Source: Eledone cirrhosa (lineage: Eukaryota). Taken from it: DNA of 64,000 nt. The DNA lies in assembly GCA_964016885.1 (NCBI GenBank), contig OZ024745.1, positions 31,248,001 to 31,312,000 of the forward strand. The letters are read 5' to 3'. Made by a program: the position numbers and the translations under genes. The first letter of the stretch is position 1, and each line of letters starts with the position of its first letter. Under the pieces are notes generated by a model, which ran no database searches, was not told where the DNA came from, and saw only the letters and a program-made list of their open reading frames with translations. This document shows positions 42,984-56,883 of the stretch, piece after piece.

Positions 42984-44863
42984 AAAAGACCTAACAAAAA
43001 AAAAAAAAAGAATTCCACATGAACCGCGAGACGGGAAATGTAGATCTAAAAAAGTTACTTTACCTTTTTTTCTTGTTAGTAAATGCTTTTTGCTATTTAA
43101 AAAAAATATACAATCTTATTAATTCGTAAACTTTACTTATTTTACCTTCGAAAGTACATTATAGCCAGTTGCTTACCCTATCCTCTCCCTGACACTTGTT
43201 AATAGTTTCAACCCAAGAAAGTCTACAAGAAGTAATCGTTCGTGCAATATGGCGAAACCCACAGATTCAACTTCCCAATGTAGCAATGTCTCTACTTGTA
43301 GAGGGTATTATTCATTGTTGTCTGAACCAAGAGGATCTCCAGCTAAAATTGAACTCCGAAATACAAGAGGTATTTGATGCAATATTCAGCGCTCTCAATA
43401 GAGGAGTCGATATCAGTATATTACAGATACTTGATATCGAACCCAGAGACATGAAAATCGAAATCTGCTCTGTCTAGAAATATTGATTTCTAATTTAGAC
43501 ATAAGACCAGCAAATTTGGAGGAAGGGGTAATGCTGATTATATCAACCCCAGTACTTGATTGGTACTTTATTTTATCGACCACAGAAGGATGAAAAGCAA
43601 AATTGACAGTAACAGGATTTGAACTCAAAATGTAAAGAGTCGCTGCCTAGGAATCTTAACGAGATACTTGAAATTGAATTTCCTCAAAAAAGCTGATGTC
43701 CACCGTTACAGACAACCTTAACATTTGATAGCGTCATCCATTTACTTAAAAGGCTGCATAGGGCCCAAGGACTGTAAGTTAGAGACCATCACTCTAGGTG
43801 CTCCAGTATTTCTGCTACTCAACTGACCAACAAAGATCGGCAGAAAAGCTCATGGAATGACAAATAAGGTCTATTTTTCAACATAGTTCCTAGAAAGAAA
43901 TAATGCAGTTATGAATTAAAAGAGTTGAAATTAATGCATGTAAGATTTCACAGTGCTTACATCACTCCTTCATAGTCAACCTATGAACTTTCCAGCCGAC
44001 CCTCGTACTAATAAATTATATATTTTGAAACTTAATTCTACTTTTCTCGTGTTACTTAGCTTGGAATGCATAAAAATAAACCCAAATCAACAAACAACAC
44101 AGAACCTTTCTGAGAAAAAACATTCTGCAAGCTAGACTAAGCAACCTACCGAAGGTGGTTGGTTATTCTGAGCAAGCACCCTTATTTTTAAATAAATGAT
44201 TAACTTTTTAAAAATTATAACGTGCCTTCAATCTCCACAAAAAAGTGAGAAATATCATTTCAGTATAAAAGTACAGTTGACCCAATCAATATATTCCCGA
44301 ATAGCAAATTTTTTGTCAACGAAAAAAACCTTCATAATATTACTGAAAAAGAAAAAAAGGTTTCAGATTATTAATTATTCAGATTTATTAATATAAAAAG
44401 GATTGCGGATAATCCTTTTTATATGTATTAGATTGTTACCCTTATGCTATTTTCAGAGAGTGATTACGTGTACAAGTTAAAAAGCTCGGCACACTTTCTG
44501 TAATCTAAAAGAATTTTTTTTCAGGAAATTAACTACATCAGCATCTTCCTACGATTAAAAAATAAGCAAATAAATTTAAGTTTGTATATGTATGCGGAAG
44601 CACGTATACACATAGGATTCAGTTTTGGTAGGAGGAAAGAAAATGTAAGCCAACGTTACATATCAGCATATCTGGACAAAGATTTTTTTTAAATAGTAAA
44701 AACATAGACATAATCAACCATCAGAATACACCATGGGTATTTGTATATTTACACATACCCCTGCCTGTAACTCTTTATAATGAAAACTCGCAAACACTAC
44801 ACGTATATGGATGAGTGTGTCTATACACACACATATATATAAAATGTCCACACACCCACACAT

Positions 44864-44902
<39 letters not shown>

Positions 44903-44995
44903 CTTAAGAAGTCCATTTTATCATCTGAAATGTATTTTATATATAAATATATATATATATATATAAACAGAGAGAGAGGGAGAGAGAGAGAGACG

Positions 44996-45072
<77 letters not shown>

Positions 45073-45424
45073 AGATCAAAAGATGGTTAAAGGAGTTCCA
45101 TGTATTTTATTATGCACATTTCAAAAACAAACATCATCATGCAATAATATTTGTGTTTTCATCAGATAAAACAGGAGAACATGATATGAAGGCTAAAAAA
45201 CACTTGTGGATAGTGCAGTTTTAAATCAACATATATATATCTATATATATCTATATATATATATATATATATCTATATATATATCTATATATATATCTAT
45301 ATATATCTATATATATCTATATATATCTATATATATATATATAGATATATATAGATATATATAGATATATATCTATATATATCTATATATATCTATATAT
45401 ATCTATATATATATATATCTACAT

Positions 45425-45748
45425 ATCGCCAAAAATGGCGTAGGATAGAAGAAAGGAAAGGCACAGAAACGAAGAAAGAAATCCCCAGTCACTGAAGAGG
45501 TCACAGAGTGTGTGACGAAAGAACTATGACTATATATATATAAACAACTATCTGGTTGTGGAACCAACCAACCAACCAGAAATTTATAAATTTGTAAATT
45601 TATAAATATATAATAAATTAAATTGAAGTGAAAGCAACTGGTGCGTGTGTTTCTTATTGGCAACATGACCCTCCCAAAGTATAACAATATCGGTTTCAAC
45701 ACACGATTTCAGATAAAGAATCTTGCTAAACAAATTCAGAAACGAAAT
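45425..45748 (+). mobile_element. ~325-bp Penelope-like pLTR unit (family P2) with minimal HHR, inserted in (TA)n
   Basis: Inverted near-identical copy at 50796-51120; HHR 45487-45531; ends in an open 28-codon ATG frame. Confidence 0.75.
45487..45531 (+). ncRNA. Minimal type I hammerhead ribozyme
   Basis: agtca CTGAAGA g gtcaca-gagtg-tgtgac GAAA g-aa-c TA tgact; predicted cleavage after CUA (45526). Confidence 0.75.
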
Positions 45749-46061
45749 ATATATATATATCTATATCTATCTATATATATATATCTATATCTATCTATAT
45801 ATATATCTATCTATATATATATATATATATCTATATATATATATATATATCTATATCTATCTATATATATATATCTATATCTATCTATATATATATCTAT
45901 ATCTATCTATATATATATCTATATCTATCTATATATCTATATCTATATCTATATATCTATATATATATCTATATATCTATATCTATCTATATATCTATAT
46001 ATCTATATATATATCTATATCTATCTATATATATATATATCTATATATATATCTATATCTA

Positions 46062-46098
<37 letters not shown>

Positions 46099-46423
46099 AT
46101 ATATATCTATATATATATCTATATCTATCTATATATATATATATATATATCTATATATCTATATATATCTATATATATATCTATATCTATCTATATATAT
46201 ATCTATATCTATATCTATATCTATATCTATATCTATCTATATCTATCTATATATCTATCTATATATATATATATCTATATATATATATATATATATCTAT
46301 ATATATATCTATATATCTATATATATATCTATATATCTATATCTATCTATATATATATCTATCTATATATATCTATATCTATCTATATCTATCTATATCT
46401 ATATATATATATATCTATATATC
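45749..46423. repeat. (TA)n/(TATC)n compound microsatellite
   Basis: Direct reading. Confidence 0.95.
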
Positions 46424-47030
46424 TAACCACAAATACCATCAAATCTTAAATAGATCAATGGCTAAATTCTCCTACTCAACAACCAAAAACATAAAACAAA
46501 ATATAAGTGCCTATAATGCATATAAATATAAAAAAACCATAAGTATACCACCAGTACATCAAACTAGCCATAATATCTCCTCAAATACAGGATTCACGAA
46601 AAGTTGTAACTGTAGAAACAAGGCAAACTGTCCATTAAAAGGAAATTGCCTTGTTAATAACATAATATATAAATGTAAAGTTAACACTAAGGACTCTATT
46701 TATTCATATATAGGAGCTACCTCTAACAATTTTAAGGTAAGATTTAATACCCACAAACATAGTTTTAAAAATGCCGCACTAGCTAATACAACATCTCTAG
46801 CTGAAAAAATTAATAGTTATAGAAAGATGAATATAGAATATGACATGACCTGGAGTGTGCTCAAAAGAGCCACCCCTTATCAAAATAGTAGAAATGAATG
46901 TAGATTGTGTTCCCAAGAACTTTTCGAAATAATGAAATCTAAGGATATCCTATTAAATAAGCGACAGGAATTAATAATATCATGTAATCATAAACTGAGA
47001 AAAATATTTAAATATTATAAACCTAATTAA
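46424..47030 (+). CDS. Partial ORF: GIY-YIG endonuclease domain of Penelope-like element
   Basis: Open frame, closely similar to the C-terminus of ORF 56884-58917; upstream part of the track ORF is microsatellite read-through. Confidence 0.85.
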
Positions 47031-47830
47031 TATACACTTTAGAAATTAATATATAGATTAATTTTAATTTAGTTAACCTATAATTTTAATTTAGTTAACC
47101 TATAATTAAAATTCTACTACAGATGAAATACAAAATATCGTGTAATCATAAACTGAGAAAAACATTTAAATATTATAAACCTAATTAATATACACTTTAG
47201 AAATTAATATATAGATTAATTTTAACTTAGTTAACCTATAATTTTAATTTAGTTAACCTATAATTAAAATTCTACTACAGATGAAATACAAAATATCGTG
47301 TAATCATAAACTGAGAAAAACATTTAAATATAAACCTAATTAATATACACTTTAGAAATTAATATATAGATTAATTTTAATTTAGTTAACCTATAATTAA
47401 AATTCTACTACAGATGAAATACAAAATTCTGCTTTAAATATTATAAACCTAATTCATATACACTATAGAAATTAATATATAAACTATTTTTAATTTAGTT
47501 AACCTATAATTAATATTCTACTTCCGATGAACTACATAATTTGGCTTTCCCTCTTACAAATATCATTTCCTAAAACTGATACCATTAAGTAAACATATGT
47601 AATTATTTTTAATTTAGTTAAGCTATAATTAATATTCTACTACTGATGAACGACAAAATTCCGCTTTAAATATTATAAACCTAATTATTATACACCTTAG
47701 AAATTAATATATAAACTATTTTTATTTTAGTTAACCTATAATTAATATTCTACTAATGATGAACTACATAATTTGGCTTTCCTTCTTACAAATATCATTT
47801 CCTAAAACTGATACCATTAAGTAAACATAT
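46983..47830 (+). repeat. Tandem ~110-145-bp repeats of the ORF end plus adjacent 3' UTR
   Basis: Recurring tttaaatattataaacctaattaatatacactttagaaattaatata...ttagttaacctataatt...ctactacagatgaa. Confidence 0.85.
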
Positions 47831-48258
47831 ATAAAGCTTTAACTTCAGGTTATGACTCTATGTTCCTTGAAACCTTTATATATTTACTATTTCCCACTAA
47901 TAAATTTAATCCCCCCCCCCCCAATAATTATATGTATATGTAAGCGTGGATGTGTGTGTATATATAAGTGTGTATGTATGTATGTGTGTATGTATGAGAG
48001 TGTAAAAATACACATATATATGTATGTGTAGATATATATATATATATATATGTGTATATGTGTGTGAGTGTATATATGTGTATGTATATATATGTATGTC
48101 TGTGTGTGTGTATGTATATGTACATGTGTATATGCGTATATATATATGTATATGTATGTATGGGTATATGTTTGTGTGTGTATGTGTATGTATGTGTGTA
48201 TATATATATATATATATGTGTGTGTATGTATGTGTATATATATGTAGGTATATATATA

Positions 48259-49112
48259 TTAGCTGCTAAAGGGTTCTCCCTAAAAATGAAAGGCAGGTTG
48301 TACGATGCCTGCATACGAACAGCAATGCTGCATGGCAGTGAGACCTGGGCATTGTGTGCAGAGGATATACGCAGACTAGAGAGGAACGAAGCTTGCATGC
48401 TCCGCTGGATGTGTAACAGTAATATACGTGAACGGCAAAGCATAAACGAACTATGGAAAAAATTAGAGATAAGAGGGATCAGATGTTGTTTACTCGAGAG
48501 AAGGCTACGTTGGTATGGACACGTGATGCGCATGAAAGTCGATAGCTGTATAACAAAGTGCAGGGCAATAAAGATAGACGGTAGTCACGGAATAGGCAGA
48601 CCTAGAAAAACCTGGGACGAGCTGATAAACTCCGACATCACACACTTACACCTCTCCAAGACAATGTCACTGGACCGAGACCTTTGGCGGTACTCAGTAA
48701 CAGAGAAGACCCGCCTTACCTAAATATATAGTAAAACCTACTCCAGCCAGTAGGCATCTCTAACAAAATACACCCCGTCCCACCACCACCACCCCCACCC
48801 CATCCACACCACCCCGTTCTATGTAAAGTTATGTTGGTGCCGCGCCATCGAGGCCGAAACAAATGAGATCGTGTAGGTGTCACGACAAAAAAACACACAG
48901 TCCACGCTGTAATGTGGCCGTGTAGGCAACACGGTAAAAACCTCCCAGACCCACACTGTAAATGTGGTTGGTGTTAGGAAGGGCATCCAACTGTAGAAAA
49001 CCTGCCAGACAGTCCTATGCGAGCAAGACAATCACTCTTGCCTCAAGTGGGACTACCCCCGTCCAAACCCATGCAAGCGTGGAACACGGACGTTAAACGT
49101 TGATGATGATGA

Positions 49113-49116
<4 letters not shown>
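48259..49116 (+). mobile_element. 5'-truncated RTE-clade LINE inserted in the Penelope 3' tail
   Basis: LAAKGFSLKMKGRLYDAC...LRWYGHVMRM...GRPRKTW, stop at 48721-48723, 3' UTR, (GAT)n tail. Confidence 0.9.
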
Positions 49117-49162
<46 letters not shown>

Positions 49163-49883
49163 TTTTTATATTTTTATATTCTTTTAATCTCCCCTCATCC
49201 TTAACAGTACTTTTAAACTGCATCTAACTCTTATTTATCACATCTATATGTATTAGTATAATTTTATCAAAATATATATATATATATATATATGTACCCA
49301 TCAATTAAATTAATTTTATATCCTTTTCATAGATGTATTTTTTTCACTAACATCCTTATCTTAAAACTCTGGTCACCCTAGATATTTGTATTGGCATCAC
49401 TATTTTATAACAGCAACTGCTTGTATACCTTCTACTGACCACCTGACCTAATTTCACCCCTAAAATAAGTTTCAATTACTATTTTACCATTTGGCCAAAT
49501 ATTAACAGACAGAATATATTTGATCTTTGTTGGTTTTAGTCAATGAACAAATCAATTTATATCTGAGGTCAACATATGACCTACTTCCCTAAAGTAATCC
49601 ATTATTATATTGGATCTTTGTTGGTTTTATTCAATGAACAATTAAAATTATTTCTGAGGTCAACATATGACCTACTTCTTCCCTAAAGTAATCCTTCATT
49701 CATAATACCCTTTTCCTTCCAAAACTGAAATCTACTTCCCCTACCCATAATTTAAGGTTCTCCTAATGCTATCTATCTTGACCCTCACTATCTCCTGATT
49801 GGTCAATTCAAAACCTGTTCCCAAACAGACCTATTGTATTGAATCTTTGTTCTTATCAATAAACAAGTATCATTATTTCTGAA

Positions 49884-49988
49884 AAATCCCACCGAGGTTG
49901 ACTTTGCCTTTCATCCTTACAGGGTCGATAAAATAAAGTACCAGTAATGCACTGGGTGATTGCTGGCCTTGTGCCTAAAGTAGAAACA
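49884..49988 (+). mobile_element. 5'-truncated SINE family A inserted into a hammerhead core
   Basis: TSD attatttctgaa at 49872-49883 and 49989-50000. Confidence 0.88.
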
Positions 49989-50128
49989 ATTATTTCTGAA
50001 GACAGCATATATATGTGAAGGTATGTATATTCCCTCTGATAGTTTGTATAAATATTGTACATAGATCTATAGAATATGCATACCAATTCTAACACATATA
50101 TATCCTAGAAACGATCGTGAAATAATGA
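49989..50128 (+). ncRNA. Long-stem-II type I hammerhead ribozyme, diverged copy (GUG triplet, probably inactive)
   Basis: attattt CTGAAGA cagcatatatatgtg...cacatatatatccta GAAAC gatc GTG aaataat. Confidence 0.7.
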
Positions 50129-50198
50129 ACTTTTTTTGTTTAATATAAGGAACTGTTTCTTTGTTTATTCATTATTTTTTTAATAATTTATATATATA

Positions 50199-50231
<33 letters not shown>

Positions 50232-50304
50232 ATATATATCTATATATATCTCTCTATATATATATCTATATATATCTCTCTCTATATATATATCTATATA
50301 TATA

Positions 50305-50337
<33 letters not shown>

Positions 50338-50680
50338 ATATATATATCTATATATATATCTATATATATATCTATATATATATATATATCTATATATATA
50401 TATATATCTATATATATATATATATATATATCTATATATATATATATATATCTATATATATATATCTCTATATATATATCTATATATATAGATATATATA
50501 TATCTATATATCTATATCTATATATATATCTATATATATATATCTATATATATATCTATATATATATCTATATATATATCTATATATATATATCTATATA
50601 TATATATCTATATATATATATCTATATATATATCTATATATATATCTATATATATATCTATATATATATCTATATATATA

Positions 50681-50713
<33 letters not shown>

Positions 50714-50795
50714 ATATCTATAAGTATAACAATATATATATATATCTCTATATATATATATCTATCTATATATATATCTATATCTATATATATAT

Positions 50796-51120
50796 ATTTC
50801 GTTTCTGAATTTGTTTAGCAAGATTCTTTATCTGAAATCGTGTGTTGAAACCGATATTGTTATACGTTGGGAGGGTCATGTTGCCAATAAGAAACACACG
50901 CACCAGTTGCTTTCACTTCAATTTATTATATATTTATAAATTTACAAATCTACAAACTTATAAATTTCTGGTTGGTTGGTTCCACAACCAGATAGTTGTT
51001 TATATATATAGTCATAGTCCTTTCGTCACACACTCTGTGACCTCTTCAGTGACTGGGGATTCCTTTCTTCTCTTCGTTTCTGTGCCTTTTCTTTCTTCTA
51101 TCCTACGCCAAAATGGCGTA
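50796..51120 (-). mobile_element. ~325-bp Penelope-like pLTR unit (family P2), minus copy
   Basis: Reverse complement of 45425-45748 with a few substitutions and indels. Confidence 0.75.
51010..51054 (-). ncRNA. Minimal type I hammerhead ribozyme
   Basis: Minus: agtca CTGAAGA g gtcaca-gagtg-tgtgac GAAA g-ga-c TA tgact. Confidence 0.75.
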
Positions 51121-51246
51121 TATATATATATATCTATATATATATATCTATCTATATCTATATATCTATATATATATATATATCTATATATATATATCTA
51201 TATATCTATATATATATATATATCTATATATATATATATATATATA

Positions 51247-51287
<41 letters not shown>

Positions 51288-51460
51288 ATATATATATATA
51301 TATCTATATATATATATATCTATATATATCTCTATCTCTCTATATATATATATCTATATCTATATATATCTATATCTATATATATATATATATCTCTATA
51401 TATATATCTATATATATATATCTCTATATATATCTAGATATATATATAGATATATATATA

Positions 51461-51805
51461 TCATCATCATCATCATTTCATTTTACGTCCACTTTTCCCT
51501 GCTTGCAAGGGTGGGACGGGAACTGATTCTGGCTTGATTTCTACAGCTGGATGCCCTTCCTAACACCAACCTCATTTACAGTGAGTGCTGGGTGCTTTTT
51601 TGCCGTGGCACCTACACGACCACTTTGCAGTGGAATGATAAGGACCTCAGTCCCTATCATCTCATTTCTACAACTGAGTAAACTGGAGCAATGTGAAATA
51701 AAGTGTCTTGCTCAAGGAAACAACACACCACCCGGTCTGAGAATTGAACTCACAACCTTTCGATTGCAAGGCCAATGCTCTAACCACTAAGCCATGTGCC
51801 TCCAT
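51461..51805 (-). mobile_element. SINE family D (tRNA head, CORE-like centre, RTE-like tail)
   Basis: Near-identical to 20779-21113; (GAT)n tail. Confidence 0.8.
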
Positions 51806-52915
51806 ATCTATATATATCTCTATATATATATATATATCTATATATATATATATATATATATAGATATATATATAGATATATATATATATAGATATATATA
51901 TATAGATATATATATATCTATATATATATATATCTAGATATATATATAGATATATATATATCTCTATAAATATATCTAGATATTTATATATAGATATATA
52001 TATATCTCTATATATATATCTAGATATATATATATAGATATATATATATCTATATATATATATCTAGATATATATATATAGATATATATATATCTAGATA
52101 TATATATATAGATATATATATATCTATATATATATATATCTATATATATATATATAGATATATATATATCTATATATATATATATCTAGATATATATATA
52201 TAGATATATATATATCTATATATATATATATCTAGATATCTATATATCTATATATATATCTATATATATATATATATCTAGATATCTATATAGATATATA
52301 TATATCTATATATCTATATATCTCTATATATATATAGATATATATATATCTATATATCTATATATCTATCTATATATCTATATATCTATATATATCTATA
52401 TATATCTATATATCTATATATATCTATATATATATCTATATCTATATATATATCTATATATATATATCTATATCTATATATCTATATCTATATATCTATA
52501 TATATATATCTATATCTATATATCTATATCTATATATCTATCTATATATATATCCATATCTATATATATATATCTATATATATATCTATATATATATCCA
52601 TCTATATATATATATCTATATATATATATCTATATATATATCCATCTATATATATATATCTATATATATATATCTATATATATATCTATATATATATATC
52701 TATATATATATATCTATATATATATCTATATATATATATATATATACATATATCTATATATATCTATATATATATATATATATACATATATCTATATATA
52801 TCTATATATATATATCTATATATATATATCTATATATATATATCTATATATATCTATATATATATATCTATATATATATATCTATATATATCTATATATA
52901 TATATCTATATATAT
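51806..52915. repeat. (TA)n/(TAGA/TCTA) compound microsatellite
   Basis: Direct reading. Confidence 0.95.
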
Positions 52916-53103
52916 GTAGATAAATCTACCAAGAGTTTACGGTAGTGTCCAATCCGTATGAAGAACTCAATGTATTCCGGATATCATGGAAAGAAGAGAT
53001 GTAATGAAAATCCACTTTCGGTGAAAGATAAACGGTATACAGAGTCAAGATAAAATATTAAACAAATAATGAATAAACAATTCCTTATATTAAACAAAAA
53101 AAG

Positions 53104-53258
53104 TTCATTATTTAACGATCGTTTCTAGGGTATATATGTGTTATAATTGGTATGCATATTCAACAGATCTATGTACAAAATTATACAAAATTATACAAAT
53201 TATCAAGATTAAATATACATACCTAACACATATATACGCCGTCTTCAGAAATAATGAA
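53104..53258 (-). ncRNA. Long-stem-II type I hammerhead ribozyme
   Basis: Reverse complement of 63011-63165. Confidence 0.78.
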
Positions 53259-54096
53259 GTATATTTATTGATAATAACAACAATTCAAAATATCAGTTCA
53301 AAATTGACCAATGAAAACACAAAGGGTTAAAAGCAGTTCGGTGTGTGTATATACATGTAAAATCCTTACACATATTTTACAAAAATGTGTGTATAATTTG
53401 TATACGCATACTAAAAAGATGGATGCAAACACAAAATTTCAAGGTTAATATCTCTGTAAGCTTAATGCGCTGATAAGATGCGCATTGATACTTATGGAGT
53501 CAAGCATATAAATATATTTTTTCATACTCACATATATCAGTATAATCACACATACATGCGCGTATATGCATAAATATACACATAACCACGAACATACAAA
53601 CACACACACTCCCCCACTCACATTTATATATGTGGATATAAAATCATAAGCACATAGAAATTAAATCACTCACATAAAACACTGGCACACACATTTCAAG
53701 ATCAAGATACAGAAATTAGGTGGGAGGGGGGGGAGGGGTCAGTATTCAATTGTCTGAGCAGACTGCCTAATATAAATGTATCTATAAATTAAGAAAAATA
53801 AAAAAAAAATAAAAAAAATAAAAAAATAAAACAATAAAATATAATAAATATAATATAATATACATACACATACAGATATATATACACATACATACATGTA
53901 AGCGCACATAGAGATATTTACGCATACACACATACACACATACATATACAGTCATACACACACATACACTTACACGAACATACACATACACATATAAAAA
54001 GATATATATATACACACACACACGCGCAACACATACACACATACACATATATATAAAAAATAGATAATAAAGATATATATCCATATATATATATAT

Positions 54097-54147
<51 letters not shown>

Positions 54148-54236
54148 TATACATATACATACACATACATCTAAATATACATACACATACATACACACAT
54201 ACATGTACATACATGTACATACATATACGCACATCG

Positions 54237-54280
<44 letters not shown>

Positions 54281-54598
54281 TCACATAGACATATAGATAC
54301 ATACACACACAACTTACATACACACGTATATATATATATATAGATGTACCTTCATACATAGAATTAGATATATAATCATACATACATATGCACCTACTTA
54401 TACTCATATATATAAATATATACGCTTCCATATATGTGTATATACATAAAAAACAATACAACCTCACCAAACTCAGACATACAAATAAAAATAATAATAA
54501 AAAGGCATATGTATATACATACACACACGCATTAATAGAGATATATATATATATACACACATACATACACATATATATATATATACACACACATATAT

Positions 54599-54655
<57 letters not shown>

Positions 54656-54783
54656 TAGACTCATACATATATATATATATATATATATATAAACATATAT
54701 ATCCACACACTCATACCACCATAAATACACATACAAACACCCACATGCATATATATATATATATCTATATACACACACGTATA

Positions 54784-54819
<36 letters not shown>

Positions 54820-55123
54820 CACACACATAAAAAACAGACATGCACATATATATATATATATATATTTTATTACTCTTATATATACACATATTATATATAC
54901 ATACACAACCTGACTTATACACATATACACATAAGTTATATTATAATAATAAAGAATAATATACATATATATATATACATATACATATATATATATATAT
55001 ATATATACATACATACATACACATACATACATACACATAAATATATACATACATAAATACACACATACGAATAAAGACATATATTCACACATAGACACCT
55101 ATATATATATATATATATATATC

Positions 55124-55161
<38 letters not shown>

Positions 55162-56309
55162 CACATACACACACACACACACACACAGACACACATACAC
55201 ACTCACATATATATATATATATGTGTATGTGTGTGTGCGCACATACACATATATACACACACACATACAAACACACACAAACACATACATATGCATACGT
55301 GCAACCACACACACATATATCACATAGATACGAAGATAAACATATAAATAGAGAGACATACATATATATACACAACACACATACACATACATACATACAC
55401 GCATATACATATACATACATATATACACATATATATATTCCTATATATACAAGCATACACATACATACACATATATACACATACATACACATATACATAC
55501 AACACATTCACATACACATACATATATAATGCATATATATACATATATATACATACATATGTATGTACAATCATATATACACACACAATCTTACATTCAT
55601 ATTTGCATGCTCATATATGTATTTTTATATTTAGATATAAATACCCAAACCTATATAGACACCTACCTACATATATATTCATACATAGACGCTTACAAAT
55701 ACAGATGATAATAGTATGGGGGAAAGGGGGGGTTTGGAGAAGGGGATCAAAGTAAATATATGTTTCAAGAAACATATAATATTTTCCGTATCTTAATTCA
55801 ATGTATGTTCTTACATATTTTCAGTGCTAGGAAATACGAAATCTATGCATCTCAAAATAAATAAGTATACCATTAATCATATGTTAACTAAACCAAAGAT
55901 AGTCAACATATTGATTTCTAAGGTGTAAATTAGTTAGGTTTATAATATTTGAAGCAGAATTTTGAAGTCAAACAGTAGTAGATTATTAATTACAGTATAA
56001 CTAAATTAAAGTTAATAACGTTATGGTATCAATATTAGGAGATGAATTTAGTAATAGGGAAAAGAAACCCAAATAAAAATAAAATAAAGTATTACATCGG
56101 TAGTAGCATATAAATTATATGTTAACTAAATTAAAAATTATATATTTATTTCAATAGTATACGTTAATTAGTATATGTTAATTAGGTATACAATACATAA
56201 AGCAGATATTGTATTTCATCAATAGCATAATATAATTATATGCAAATAGAAATCAAAATTAATACGCATACATATACATATACATACACATACACATATA
56301 CATACATAT

Positions 56310-56354
<45 letters not shown>

Positions 56355-56883
56355 TACACATATATACATACATACAGATACACATACACAACACACACAT
56401 ATACATACACATATACATATACATATCTTTTTCAAAAAATTGCACAGAATATATTAACTAGGTATATATCCAAAACACATCCCATTCTATGATTACATGA
56501 CATTCTGCAATTCGTCTGTATAAGGATACTAATTTTAAGCAAATTAAAATTAAAATTTTTAGGTTGATTAAAACTAAAACCAAATAATAAATATATTTCC
56601 AAAATGTATATTAATTAGGTCTATAATACTAAAAATTATTTCTCCGTCATTGGATACATGATATTATTTTGTTATATTTTATCTGTAAAAGAATTATAAT
56701 AAAAGGTTTAAATAAATTAAAATTAATCTATAAATTAAATTACTAAGTATATATTAGTAATATTTAAAGGTTTTTCACAATTTATGATTACATAATATTT
56801 TCTCATCTGTAATAAAATATTAATTAAATTAAATTTATAGGTTAACTAACATTTAAATTAAATTAATTTCTAGAATAATGTTA

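Larger units (their letters stand above)
46424..50188 (+). mobile_element. 5'-truncated Naiad-like Penelope element (GIY-YIG end, long 3' tail, HHR), interrupted by RTE and SINE
   Basis: 46424-47030 encodes [10 protein letters not shown]...[15 protein letters not shown]...YIGATS...CRLCSQE...SCNHK; tail homologous to 59386-60590; terminal HHR homologous to 63011-63165. Confidence 0.88.

Noticed and set aside
44393-44422. Palindrome ataaaaaggatt-gcggat-aatcctttttat as a terminator
   Set aside because: Short, AT-rich, eukaryotic context with no adjacent gene; plausibly chance
45641-47030. 435-aa and 261-aa ORFs as real fusion proteins
   Set aside because: Frames run through a microsatellite joining two separate insertions; only 46424-47030 and the 28-codon P2 start look genuine
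47500-47780. ctgatga/cagatga motifs as an HHR array
   Set aside because: No stem II followed by GAAA and no stem I; part of the 3' tandem repeats
53739-56461. Many Y/I/C/V/M- or H/T-rich ORFs (also 5.6-6.2, 15.6-16.2, 50.1-51.5 and 59.8-63.6 kb)
   Set aside because: Translations of dinucleotide microsatellites
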